Of a stretch of DNA of 64,000 nt, positions 1 to 11,395 are shown piece by piece. Each line of letters starts with the position of its first letter. The first letter of the stretch is position 1. The DNA lies in NCBI GenBank assembly GCA_020184695.1, contig JAANOX010000070.1, forward strand, positions 186,001 to 250,000, written 5' to 3'. The position numbers were made by a program, and so were the translations under genes. Under the pieces are notes generated by a model, which saw only the letters and a program-made list of their open reading frames with translations, ran no database searches and was not told the DNA's origin. The DNA is from Histomonas meleagridis 2922-C6/04-290x. Taxonomy: Eukaryota; Protista; Parabasalia.

Positions 1-141
1 ATAAATTTATTCTGTCTTCTTCCGATGTCAGAAACATTGTTACAGTTTTATCTGGCTATGTCGTTACAAACGGCGCTATATTTTACGTCACATTTCGAAT
101 ATGAAGTAAACCATTAAAAAATTGTCAAACGATATTACGAA

Positions 142-3100
142 ATGGAAATTATACACTCCCTTCATCAAGCAATTGATAATCGCAGGGAGCACAAATACAA
201 AGAATTCAAGATTCCACCTTCTGTTGCAAACATTTCGCAAGCTCTTATAGAGTTTAATAAAACAGAAAATCATATTAATGAAAGCAAAGAAAAACAAATC
301 CAAAAAATTTTAACAAATTCGTGCATAATCAAAGCGTGTACAATTGGTTTACCAAAAGAAATAAAAGGACAAAATTTGAAATACAAATCGACATTATCTT
401 CAGCGTTGATTGACGTAATTTTGTCAACTCTCTTGATGTCACTAGATGATTTAGATTATGTCATGAAGGAAGTTTCAAATGGATTGAAAGCATACAATTT
501 TACTCCTGAATTTACAAATTCTATTTATACTTTAAGCTTTATTTCGAGTTTTATTCAAACACTTAGCACAGCAGCAAGCAAAGAAAGTAATACAATTTCC
601 TTAATTTTTCCAATTTCGGTGGATCTTGAAGTTTTTCAACAAACTGTTACAAAACTCCAAGGAATAACAAACAAAGCCAATCAAATTAAGAGATCTGGAT
701 GCATTGAAGAATATTTAGCTGTTCCATTAGTTGATGATATTCAAAGTTTCATTCCATCAATAGAATCCTCCAAAGAATGCATCATACTTTACATAGACCA
801 ACTAAGGGCTAATTTCAGCAACACAAACTATATTCAATTTGGACAATTTTATGAAGAATTTGTTAAATATAGTAATTTTCTTACAGATCTCTTCTTCATC
901 GGACTCGAAATTTCGTTTTTTGTTGAGACGAGTCAAACATTTTTTGACAATATTGTTGATCTTTCAAATATTCTGATTGATTTTCTAAATATAATTCATC
1001 CGCTTGCAAACTTCAAGAGCTCCAACCCATTGCTTTGCTTTACAGCTCAAGTTGCAGTCAAGAAGATCTTGTCAAGATCTCAATCAATTGAATTTAAAGA
1101 ACCATGCAAAGATATCTTTCAAACGATAACAAACAATAAAGTATCAGATATCAAGTCCAAACTCAATCAATTACAGCCTAATATCAAAGAACATATTTCA
1201 CAATTTTTAACTCAAATCCAAAAATCCAAACTTTCACTTTTATGTTCACCCATTACCGCCGATCAATTTGCGCACAAAAAGTTGCAATCCATCAGCAAAT
1301 TAATTCAATTAACTTTTCTATACGTAAATTCAGTTGTTGTAAACGGTTATAGCACCAAAGACGTTGAAGGACTTATATCAGAAATTAATGAATATTATGA
1401 TAAGATTGACCATAACTTTGTTAACCAAATTAATGAAAAGGAGAAATCTACCGAATATCGGATATCATGTTTACAGAAACGGAACACCCTAAAATTTTCA
1501 CGTGAATTATTAAATGCATCTAATGAAAATTATGCGCGTGCGCCACTTAACTCTGAATATCGGATCTCGCTGATGTTGTCTTCGTTTAATAGCTTAAATG
1601 AACAATGTTTAGTTGATCCGAATTCACGAGCATATGAATATTTAAGTCGAACATTTCGAATCTTTTTAGAACATTTTAATACTAACATTGTCTCAGGCGC
1701 ATGTATATTAACATACAAACGATTTTTACAAATATTAATATTTATCACAACCACATACATATCACAATTTTTCACATTACTTCAACAACAAATTCAAATA
1801 GCTAAAAACATTCAATCATTAGAATTGGATTCATTAAACTCTAAGCTTAGAAAATACCTTCGAACGATTCGTCATCCAATCATTTGTTCTCCTAATTTTC
1901 AATTGTCGAGTAACATAATTTCAATAGTTAATCAAATCAAAAAGTTCATTGATTCCATTCAATTAACTAATGACGATAAGGTATTGAAAAAGTCGATTGA
2001 CACTTTTAACGTATACATCAATGATTTGACATATTACATCGATAATTCAAACAAATACATATGGAATATGAACGGCCAAGAATTATTAGGGTCATATGAA
2101 AGAGCTAAAGATAAAATCTCGAAACTGATGGAACAAATTGAACATCAGCAACAAGATTCATCATATGTCATGACGCAATTAGCGATGAGTATTTATGAAT
2201 TTACGAGTTTGTCCAAACTATTTCAAAATGCGCCAACGGATATCATTAACATCATTGAAGGAAACATTTCTATTGTTATAAACATTTGTATTAATTATGA
2301 ATTAGGAGATGAAAGTTGTAAATATGAAATATTAAATGCTAAAAATGAGATCGAAAAGAATCTCTTAAAGATGGAATCATTTGTTAAAGGATATCAACAA
2401 AATATTCCATTAAATGATGTCAACTCGCCAGAAATTGCTTACGCAATGTCACAATTCGATGAGTCTTTGCTAATTAAAAATGATGAAAGTTCTTCACAAG
2501 ATGATAAAGGTTATATTAAACTTGCAAAGAGTTGGAGTAATAAGTTAAGGGATTATATTAAGGGATGCAGCAACTCTATGTTAAGTGGTTCAATACATCA
2601 TGGATCTGTCGGATCTTTGGGCGATTTGGGAGTGCCAACTTTGTACAACGTGAATTCGTTCGTGTCGTTCCAAATTTCAAATCATTCAAGTGACCATTCA
2701 TTAGGAGGGAGATCGCCGCCGGATAATATGTTGGAAGATGTACCGATACACAACAAAAATGTTAAGAATGTAATAAATCAGCAACAACAAAAGCCACCAG
2801 CTGCTCAGCAGCCACCAAAGCCGCCAACAGCTCAACAATCAGCGCCTAAGAATGTAACAATAACCCAACAACCACCAAAGCCAGCATCAGTTCAACAACA
2901 AACGCCGCCTACTAAGAATGTAACAACTGCTCAACAAGCACCACAGCCACCGAAGCCAGCAACAGTTCCACAGCCGGCACCGCAGCAAGCGCCACAGCCT
3001 GCATCCAATGCGCCAGCGCAGCAACAGAAATCTGTTACAACATCAACAGCGCATCAAACCCCACAACCGTCACAACCGCCGCCTGCCACCGCAACAACTG

Positions 3101-3447
3101 CAAACCAAACGCAACAGCCGCCGGACTTAAGCCGGAAGCCAACTCCCGTCCCAATGCAGGCGCCAACAATAATACAGCCGTCGCCTGTTGTTGCAATAAC
3201 GCCAACGCCAACTGCCGCCGCTGTAAATGTACCAAGCGCAACGCCAAAGATAATACAGATTCCAGCTACACAACAATACATATTACCTCCTCCATCAAAG
3301 CCGCCTTTACCGCCACCAAAACAGTCGATGCCGCCTCCAAAACAGCCATTTGCAGGTGGCGGTACCTCTATCGATGTTTCACTCGCGCCTGCGCCTTCGC
3401 TGTCAATGTTCAAAAAACCGGTTGGGCCAAATACGCAAAAGAAATAA
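142..3447 (+). CDS. Large uncharacterised helical protein with Pro/Gln/Thr-rich C-terminal tail
   Basis: 1101-aa uninterrupted ORF; C-terminus has PQP/PPP tracts (PPPSKPPLPPPKQ). No family recognised. Confidence 0.75.
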   Translation: MEIIHSLHQAIDNRREHKYKEFKIPPSVANISQALIEFNKTENHINESKEKQIQKILTNSCIIKACTIGLPKEIKGQNLKYKSTLSSALIDVILSTLLMSLDDLDYVMKEVSNGLKAYNFTPEFTNSIYTLSFISSFIQTLSTAASKESNTISLIFPISVDLEVFQQTVTKLQGITNKANQIKRSGCIEEYLAVPLVDDIQSFIPSIESSKECIILYIDQLRANFSNTNYIQFGQFYEEFVKYSNFLTDLFFIGLEISFFVETSQTFFDNIVDLSNILIDFLNIIHPLANFKSSNPLLCFTAQVAVKKILSRSQSIEFKEPCKDIFQTITNNKVSDIKSKLNQLQPNIKEHISQFLTQIQKSKLSLLCSPITADQFAHKKLQSISKLIQLTFLYVNSVVVNGYSTKDVEGLISEINEYYDKIDHNFVNQINEKEKSTEYRISCLQKRNTLKFSRELLNASNENYARAPLNSEYRISLMLSSFNSLNEQCLVDPNSRAYEYLSRTFRIFLEHFNTNIVSGACILTYKRFLQILIFITTTYISQFFTLLQQQIQIAKNIQSLELDSLNSKLRKYLRTIRHPIICSPNFQLSSNIISIVNQIKKFIDSIQLTNDDKVLKKSIDTFNVYINDLTYYIDNSNKYIWNMNGQELLGSYERAKDKISKLMEQIEHQQQDSSYVMTQLAMSIYEFTSLSKLFQNAPTDIINIIEGNISIVINICINYELGDESCKYEILNAKNEIEKNLLKMESFVKGYQQNIPLNDVNSPEIAYAMSQFDESLLIKNDESSSQDDKGYIKLAKSWSNKLRDYIKGCSNSMLSGSIHHGSVGSLGDLGVPTLYNVNSFVSFQISNHSSDHSLGGRSPPDNMLEDVPIHNKNVKNVINQQQQKPPAAQQPPKPPTAQQSAPKNVTITQQPPKPASVQQQTPPTKNVTTAQQAPQPPKPATVPQPAPQQAPQPASNAPAQQQKSVTTSTAHQTPQPSQPPPATATTANQTQQPPDLSRKPTPVPMQAPTIIQPSPVVAITPTPTAAAVNVPSATPKIIQIPATQQYILPPPSKPPLPPPKQSMPPPKQPFAGGGTSIDVSLAPAPSLSMFKKPVGPNTQKK

Positions 3448-3832
3448 ATAAAATTTAAACAATAAAACAAAATTCACCGAATGAACTTTTTGTGTTTCAG
3501 CTAAATCAACTGTTTGTAATTGGCGATAAACTTCACAACTTCTGATGCAAATTGTTTTATTGCCATTAAACATAAAGTTGTCATGAAATGTGTTAATATT
3601 TGTGTAGTTTAACAATGAGTGCGGAACACAGAACATGCATATTTTTTTGGCTTTTACATTAATTAAATTCTAATTGTATGAACAGGCTTGAGAAATCAAA
3701 TTATTTCATTCATTTGTAAAAAAATAAATAACTCACTAAGCGGTTAACTATCGGCATATATAATGTAAAGTTGCCAAAAAACACATCACTTAGGCCGCCC
3801 CAATTGGAAGCCGTTTTCCTTCTTTATTTCTG

Positions 3833-4930
3833 ATGTCATCGAATCACCAACTATGGGTGGGAAACACTGATCTTTGGGAAAGTGAAGAACAGCTCATGAA
3901 CACTGTCCGCCAAAAGACAGGAGTTGTTCCTGTTTCTTGCAGGTTTCAAAGGAACAAATTGACTGGAGCTTTAATGGGATATGGATTTCTCGAATTCAAC
4001 ACACCATCAGAAGCTGCCACCGTTTTGCGTCTTCTTCGAGACACTCCTATTCCTCAATCACCGACTGTTCGCTTCAGGCTCAACTGGGGCAAAGTTGATA
4101 GTGATCTTGAAACGCTTCAACAAGCCGCCGGTTATTCCATCTATGTAGGTAACTTACCACTTAGCATTGACGAAGAGAAGCTTTTAGATTACTTCCGCCG
4201 ATATTTCCCCGATGTTATTTCTTCTCGACTTATTCGCGGTACTGACAATATCTCTCGTGGCTTTGGTTTTGTCAAATTCAATACACAACGCGAGGTTGAT
4301 GAAGCTATTCGTATGTTAAATGGCTCAAGTGAATTTGGTCGTCCCATTAAAATCAGTGAAGCCACAGGAAATCGTGTACACACTGATTCCACAAGCATTG
4401 ATTCTACCAATACAACACTTTTCTTACAAGACATTGACCCTGAAATTGTTACAGAACAAATTCTCATGCACTTTTTCAAGCCATATGGCAACATTATCCG
4501 TATAAAATTTGTTACTGGTCATCCCGACTGGGCTTACATCACCATGGAATCGCATTCCGAAGCAGAAAGTGCTCGAAATGCATTACAAGGATCACGATTT
4601 GGCGGAACAACTAAAGTAAATATACAATTCGGGCGTGCGATGGAAGAACCAGTGGAAACCAAGACAACCACAATCACTGTCCCTGTCATTAAGCCACAAA
4701 AAATCAATCGCAAATTAGAGGCGGAGTTCTTCGATGACGCGGGCACGAAAAGAGTGTTCGATATCATGCAGAGGTACATGCAGCAACAAAGGCAATGCCC
4801 AATTGCGAACGTTAACCCAAAGATCGCAAATAAGCTGTACGAGAAATCATGCCAACAAAGAGAACTGACATTCGAATTGAACGCATACTCTGAGACAATG
4901 CCTTCAAGCGCTAAACTGTGGTTCTTTTAG
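3833..4930 (+). CDS. Triple-RRM RNA-binding protein (Nam8/Ngr1/TRNAU1AP/RBP45-47-like)
   Basis: RNP2/RNP1 motifs LWVGN..GYGFLEF, FRLNWG, IYVGNL..RGFGFVKF, and a third RRM LFLQDI..WAYITM. Confidence 0.8.
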   Translation: MSSNHQLWVGNTDLWESEEQLMNTVRQKTGVVPVSCRFQRNKLTGALMGYGFLEFNTPSEAATVLRLLRDTPIPQSPTVRFRLNWGKVDSDLETLQQAAGYSIYVGNLPLSIDEEKLLDYFRRYFPDVISSRLIRGTDNISRGFGFVKFNTQREVDEAIRMLNGSSEFGRPIKISEATGNRVHTDSTSIDSTNTTLFLQDIDPEIVTEQILMHFFKPYGNIIRIKFVTGHPDWAYITMESHSEAESARNALQGSRFGGTTKVNIQFGRAMEEPVETKTTTITVPVIKPQKINRKLEAEFFDDAGTKRVFDIMQRYMQQQRQCPIANVNPKIANKLYEKSCQQRELTFELNAYSETMPSSAKLWFF

Positions 4931-5959
4931 TTTAATTAATAAATTGTTAACTTCAAATGTTTTTTTATAGTTTTTGTAAGGACACACTCGGATTGATTTT
5001 TATTATATAAATAAACAGTTGCGTTCTATCATAGCAGATATTAGTTTATAAATTAATTTTTGAAAATGGTAAAATTATTGTAATTTCAATTATATTTGCA
5101 TACATATATATCAATACCAATAATCTAACTTAGGTTATAAATTTATATCCATGAAAATATTTACACAGAGTTTGAATAAGATAATTTAATTTTTAATGAA
5201 AAATTCATTTTAAATTATTAAAACATATTTTAAATTATTCAAATGAATAGTTTTCGCATTAACATCAATTCCTTTTTGATCTAAAACATATTTCACTGGT
5301 TCAAATTTTGGTTAAAACGCCTTGTTGAATGTTTTTTATTCTCAATTTAGGTAAAAAATATAATAAGATAACAACAGTTTTATTATACAAAATCTATCAG
5401 AATGATAATAAAAATTAAAACTAAAAATTATATTTTTAAAAAATCAAAAATCTAGAATACATCTGCTTTCATATTAGTGCTTTTTGAATACTTGAAATTA
5501 AAATAAAATCAAGTAATATGAATTTCTATGTGATTCATAGATTGCACATGATTTTGTGATTAAGTTTAATCAATTTCAACTTGAGATTTTTTTGTGACGG
5601 TTAATGACAAATTTATTGAATACCTCACTTCAAAAATAATGATATGTATTTTTCTTAATATGTTTTTATTATATTTCATAAATTTTTTTTTTAAATTTTA
5701 TAAAACCATTTCGTATTTTTTATGGTCATTTCAATATCGAATAATCAAAGGGGAACACTCTGTTTTTCGAATTTATTGAAAGGTGACCTGGCAAAATTGT
5801 GCCATCTAATTGTAAACTTTATTTAGACACTTTTGGAGACAGCACCCAACTGGTTTATGACGATAATGCCAGGCATTCAATATTGAGTGGGAATTCAAAG
5901 GAAGCCATTTCGAATTTGTCCCATATGAACGTCTTCAACACTCACTTCACTTGTCAATC

Positions 5960-6385
5960 ATGACTTCTGATTGCTCTGACCCTGAAATTTTGCAAGCCTA
6001 CGAAGAAGTTCGTAATGATAAATCCCCAATCAACTGGATGCTCATCACATATAAGGAAGGATCAAATCAAACAGTTTGGTGTCTTCACGGAAAGGGTGAA
6101 GGCGGTCTCGAAGAAATGAAGGCTGCTATCGGAGATAAGTTCCTTGGTTATGGCTACCTTCGTGTTACAACAGGTGATGAAATGTCTATTCGTTCTAAAT
6201 TCGTCTTCATCAAATATATCGCTAAGGGCACACGCATGAACACAAAGGCAAAGATGAACCTCCACAGAGGAGATGTTGAAAAGGTTATCAACCAAATTTC
6301 TATTGCTCTTGATGCTGACTCCCTTGATGAATTAAATGAAGAAGAAATCAACGCCCGTGTTTACAAGGCTGGTGGCACAAGGTAA
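5960..6385 (+). CDS. COTL1: Coactosin-like ADF-H actin-binding protein
   Basis: AYEEVRND..INWMLITY, YGYLRVTTGDEMSIRSKFVFI are typical of coactosin; ATG at 5960 follows a TCACTTCACT Inr-like motif. Confidence 0.85.
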   Translation: MTSDCSDPEILQAYEEVRNDKSPINWMLITYKEGSNQTVWCLHGKGEGGLEEMKAAIGDKFLGYGYLRVTTGDEMSIRSKFVFIKYIAKGTRMNTKAKMNLHRGDVEKVINQISIALDADSLDELNEEEINARVYKAGGTR

Positions 6386-6845
6386 GCGATTAAAACATTG
6401 GGATTTTTAAATCCTTCTTTTTTTTATAATCCAGTTTTTTTTAAAAAAAAAAAAACTTATTGCTTAAATTCAGTAACATATTAATTACTTAATTTTAACA
6501 TTTTTTTTTCTTGAACTCAATGATATCATTGTTTTTCTCAGAAAGAATTTAATGGTTACGTTTTTCATAATTATTTATTTTGTTGCATTCCGATTTCGGT
6601 TTAATAAGTTTTTTGTTTTCAATAATGATTTAACATAAAGCAAGTTATAATGCATAATAATTCATCAATAAAATTAAGAAAAGACTTCATTCCAGCTGGA
6701 AAATTCAATGATAAAAAGATCGTTTTTCACAGAAAAATCAGTATCGTCTGATTGAAAAATTAATTGAAAAAGTGGATTATTAATATACAATAGAAAGCAG
6801 ACTTTTAACCGTCATTTTTGCGGTTTTGGTCCTCCTTTCCTGTCA

Positions 6846-7178
6846 ATGCCTCAAGTAAAAAAGAAGTGGACAAAGACTACAAACAAAGAAAAGAGGGATT
6901 GGGCTACAGTCCTTCTTTCAGAAGTTGCTGAAGAAATAGAAAAGGCCGTACCACGCAGCAAACTCATCACACCATCCAAACTTGCAGATCGTTATAAGAT
7001 TTCCCTTACAGTTGCTCGTCAAGTTTTGAAGCAACTCGAAGCTGACGGTAAGATTGTTTGCTTGATCAAGCACTCAAAGCTTGTTGCTTATGGTCGTCCT
7101 GCTGGCGCAAAGGAAGAAGTTGTAGAAGAAGCACCAAAGGCCGAAGCTGCTCCAAAGGGCAGAAAAGGCAAGAAATAA
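6846..7178 (+). CDS. RPS25: 40S ribosomal protein S25 (eS25)
   Basis: KKKWTK..KEK, KLITPSKLADRYKISLTVARQVLKQL..HSKLVAY; ends at TAA. Confidence 0.93.
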   Translation: MPQVKKKWTKTTNKEKRDWATVLLSEVAEEIEKAVPRSKLITPSKLADRYKISLTVARQVLKQLEADGKIVCLIKHSKLVAYGRPAGAKEEVVEEAPKAEAAPKGRKGKK

Positions 7179-7590
7179 ATTTCGTTTTTCTGATATAATT
7201 TTTGAACTACTAAATCATCTTCCACCTACTTATATATTTATCTTATTAATATGCAAATTTCCCTTTTTGTACATAGATAACTTAAATATGTTATGTAATT
7301 AAACCTTCATTTCTCACATTAATTCTCTCATATCCACGTAATTTTACTTAATTTGCCTTAGTTTTAATACTAAATGTATAAGAACTCAAGTTAAAGCTAT
7401 CCTTAAGCTTAAAGAATTATACTTTTAGCCTGAAATATATATAGTATCGCTTGAATGAAAATATTTTCAAAAGTATATAGCACCCATAGTTGAATTTATT
7501 GTAAAAAATATATCTAAATTAAAGTTATTGTGTTTTTTATAAATATTTCTTTAAGAGTTGTCAAAGGATTAATACTGTTTTATTTGAAAG

Positions 7591-8765
7591 TTAAATTGTT
7601 GTTAATGGCTCAAGTAAATCGAATATTTCATGATGGTTTTTGCGTAATGCATACGTAAGTGCTGTTTCAAATAAATTAAATAATTTCCAAATATTATTTT
7701 GAAATAATAAAATACGAAAATAAATCCTAAATAAAATAAAGAAACATCCTGAGTATCAATAAAAAGTAATTTTTGTTTAAGAAGTATTTTAACTATTTCT
7801 ATTTTACCATTTTCAGCTGCTAACATAAGTGCAGTTCTAAATTTTATTAATAATTTCCAATTATTATTTTGAAATAATAAAATACGAAAACAAATTTCAA
7901 ATAAAATAAATATTCATCTTGCTCATTTAGATAAACTTCTTTGTGTCCAAGAAGTAAATTAGTTATTTCGGTATAACCTTTTTCAGCTGCCCACATGAGT
8001 GCTGTTTTAAATAGTAATAATGATTTCCGAATATTATTTATTATTATTAAACAATTAAAATAAATTTGAAACAAAATAAAAAAATATCTTGTGCGTTGAC
8101 ATCAATTCCTTTTTGCTTAAGAAGTAATTTAACTATAAAAATATGATCATTAGTGGTTGCAAAAATAAGTGTTGTATTAAATAATATAAATTATTTTGAA
8201 ATATTGTTTAAAATTATTAAACAATTAAAATAAATTTGAAGCAAAATAAAGAAATAGTTCTAGCATTAATATCAATTTCTTTTCGTTCAAGAAGTAAAAT
8301 GACTGTTTCTATGTGACCTTTTTCTGATGCCCACATAAGTGATGTTTTAAGTATATAAAATAATTTCCAAACATTATTTTGAAATATAAAATTATTAAAA
8401 TAAATATTAAACAAAATATATTTATATCTTTGGCATTAATGTCAATTCCCTTTTGTTCAAGAAGTAATTTGACTGCTTTTGTATGTCCAAGCATAGATGC
8501 ATTTATGAGTGCTGTTCTAAATGTTTTGAATAAAATCCAAATATTATCTTGAGACATAAAATTAATAGAGTAAATCTGATATAAAATATATAAATATCTT
8601 TAGCATTAATATCTATTCCTTCTTGTTTAAGAAGTAATTTAATTATATCAGTATAACCTTTCTTTGATGCATTTATGATTCCATCAAATATTTTGAAAAA
8701 ATTGTAAAAATTATCAATAAACAACAAATTATTTTTATAAACATTTAATTAAATAAACAAACAAT
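7591..8765 (-). repeat. Ankyrin array A: 170-nt period (90-nt core + 4 x [17-nt element + 1 codon])
   Basis: Seven 80-nt spacers; recovered loops NVT(D), QYGR, NYGK, QNQN, QNGK, EIGR, RIGE. Confidence 0.9.
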
Positions 8766-9986
8766 CTTTTTTAAATCAATACATCCTTTATTAATAAGGA
8801 AGTTCATAAGTTCTTCATTCCCTAAAAAACTTGGAATTTTTGATAAATCTAAAGAAAGAGAATTATTTCCAAGGAAATATTGCACAATATATAAATTCCC
8901 TGTTATAATTGAATCAATGATAAAAGCTTCATTAATTTTCATTCTTTCTTTAATTAAAAATGAAAGGATATCAAAATTATTATATATAATACATTTCTTT
9001 CCTAATTCTTCTAAATTTTTAATTTCTGCAATTTTATTTTCATAAATATAATTAAAAATATCATTTCGATGAAATTCTATTGCTGTTTCATATGCATCTT
9101 CAAATGATGAATGATTTTGTTCACACAAATGAATGATTTCTCCATTTCCACCTGCAATTGCATATTTACATGTGTTATTTATGTTTGCATTATTCATGAG
9201 TAAATATCTGAAACATGAAATTGATCCGAAAAATGCTGCGTAATTAATTAATGAAACATTTTCTTTATTAATGAATGAACACTTTTCATAAAGTGATGGT
9301 TCAATTGTTTGATTAAAATCAAAATTTGTTTGCGATGATATTTCTTGAAGTTTTTCTATTTCATCATTTCGAATTATTTTCGCAATTACATTTGGATTAT
9401 GCCCATCTTCAATATATTTCTTATGGAGTTCCCAATCATTCTTTGAAAGTCTTTCATAATTATCAACAAATTGCTTTATAAACCCAATATTATCTAATTC
9501 TTCTAAATTGACATATCTATTAAGGTCATTAAATCCTTTTTTTCGTATTATTTCAACGTAATCATTAATTGTTTCTTTTGGAATATATTGCGCAAAATAT
9601 AAAGATGTTGATTTATTTTGAATAACTTTTGGATCAATCATTGAGTTTCTACACATTACTTCAAGAAGATAATTTGATTCTTGACTTTTTAAACATAACA
9701 ATAATTGTGTAAAAATAGTTATAACTTTAGGATCCAATTGACTTTCGAAAATCTGTAAATACTCAACAAACTTTTCTTGTTCTATTTGACTTGAAATAAA
9801 ATATGAATATAAGATTCTTGATATTGTCAAAATATAAGAATATGAAAATTCTTTTGGAAAATATTTTAATAAAGATTTAATAGTTTCATCAATGTTATTA
9901 TTATTTAAATCAAAAATGATCTTTTCAATACTTTGTAACATTTGAAGAATTTCTCTATGCTTTGGTGTACTTTGAGATGATCCCAT
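7591..9986 (-). CDS. Locus A: DUF3447-like/ankyrin protein; ORF 9986-8745 continues through 7 ankyrin cores joined by 17-nt-interrupted loops (predicted ~640 aa)
   Basis: N-terminal family motifs (LSKNDWELHK, GHNPNVIAKIIRNDEIEKLQ, LINYAAFFGSISCFRYL). Cores start at 8685, 8515, 8345, 8175, 8005, 7835 and 7665; terminal TAA at 7593-7591. The joined model is inference. Confidence 0.8.
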
Positions 9987-10183
9987 TTGGAAAAATATAT
10001 GAGCCCGTTTAACTAATTGACTAAGTGCAAACTTTTTGTATGAAAGTCAATTTTTTTCAATGGTATATCTGTCAGATATTTCAACACAACGACACAGATT
10101 TTTCAGTAAAACCGACGCTTAATTTCAATGGATTATTTAACGGTAAATTCTCCAAAAAATAATTCTCATTTCCATGGAAATGT

Positions 10184-11005
10184 TTATTCATCTGTGATAA
10201 ACCCACCATCTTTATACTGGTCCTCCATAAGTTTATTTTCTATTTCGTTCATTTGTTCTGTTGTAAGATTGTGCCAATCTTTTGCACTAGCAACAACTTT
10301 TCGATTAGTGTTCGTGAATGTGCCGGGATAAAATGAGTTGCCAACAATGTTCTCTATCATGCTCTGAAGTCCAAACCAATGAAATTCGAATTTGAGAACT
10401 TTGACACAAATCATCATTTCCCCTTCAAATGAATCTACCCACGAAGGAAGGCCGTTTTGATCAAATTCTGAATTTTCTGTATTTTTTAGTGGCGTGTTGA
10501 TGTTAACTTCTGGACAAAAAAAATTATGTAAATCATATTCAGGCTTATCGGGATCAGGTTTCCCATCAAGAATATCAAGATACACTACAGTACGCATAGC
10601 AAGTTCTTCTTCGTTGAGATTAAGAACGTTATCAGGTATTTCCATTCCTTTTGTATATGGAATATGCTGTGATTCTACTTGAAGGAAAAACTTATCATCT
10701 GCATCAGGAATAAAGTTAGTAGTTTTAATATGAGGAAAGGCATTAAATGATTTCTCATGGAAATGAAGAAATTTCTCAGGAACTGCCCAACAAATTACTC
10801 TTGGAATTTTGGACTTGCAATGATATATTTTGTAGGTGAAATTTCCTTTTTCATTTTCATTTTCAAAAGGCTCTGTTTTTACAAGTTCAATTCCTTCGCC
10901 GTTTTTCTTTTCATCTTTAGCATAAAGATATCCCATATAACGAAATCCAATTCCGTATTTTTCAACACTTAGTGGAACAATTATACGAAATTCGATGATC
11001 TTCAT
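10184..11005 (-). CDS. Phosphatidylinositol transfer protein (PITP, START-like fold)
   Basis: IIEFRIIVPLSVEKY, GEGIELVKTEPFE, FTYKIYHCKSKIP, MICVKVLKFEFHWFGLQ match class I PITP motifs. Confidence 0.9.
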   Translation of the reverse strand: MKIIEFRIIVPLSVEKYGIGFRYMGYLYAKDEKKNGEGIELVKTEPFENENEKGNFTYKIYHCKSKIPRVICWAVPEKFLHFHEKSFNAFPHIKTTNFIPDADDKFFLQVESQHIPYTKGMEIPDNVLNLNEEELAMRTVVYLDILDGKPDPDKPEYDLHNFFCPEVNINTPLKNTENSEFDQNGLPSWVDSFEGEMMICVKVLKFEFHWFGLQSMIENIVGNSFYPGTFTNTNRKVVASAKDWHNLTTEQMNEIENKLMEDQYKDGGFITDE

Positions 11006-11110
11006 GAATGATCCACATGATCGTAATCGACCATTTTGAGTTCAAAAAGTTAAATTGTTCTTTAATTACTATATAAAATCAGGTGATTGATAAAAATTTC
11101 GATATCAGCT

Positions 11111-11183
11111 GCCTGCGTAGCATAGTGGTTATTGCGTTCGCCTTGTAAGCGAAAGGTCGGCGGTTCGACTCCGCTCGCAGGCA
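11111..11183 (+). tRNA. tRNA-Thr (anticodon TGT)
   Basis: Acceptor stem GCCTGCG/CGCAGGC, anticodon arm TTCGC-CTTGTAA-GCGAA, T-loop GGTTCGACTCC, D-arm with AGTGG. Confidence 0.93.
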
Positions 11184-11395
11184 AAATTTTTTGTATTTTT
11201 TTATTAACATTCCATCACAATAGAATATTCAATGTAAATGTGAGCAGATGATAAAACCTAACACCAACAATTCTTGAATGTGATCAATAAGATTTTTCTT
11301 TTTACTTAATTTATTAATTAATAATGTGTAAATCTTTTTATATTTGTTCGATTTCTCCATTTTTTATCTGACCAAAAATCTTCTGAAAAATGTAA

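Noticed and set aside
8346-8425. Single 68-nt intron per repeat
   Set aside because: It would discard the conserved GGA/GGT at spacer positions 58-60 and give a Phe at the Gly position. It also cannot explain the n x 20 lengths in array E or the 17-, 43-, 63- and 66-nt variants.
7591-8765. CRISPR-like repeat-spacer array
   Set aside because: The repeats are 90-nt ankyrin-coding units, the spacers are mutually related, the context is eukaryotic and there are no cas genes.
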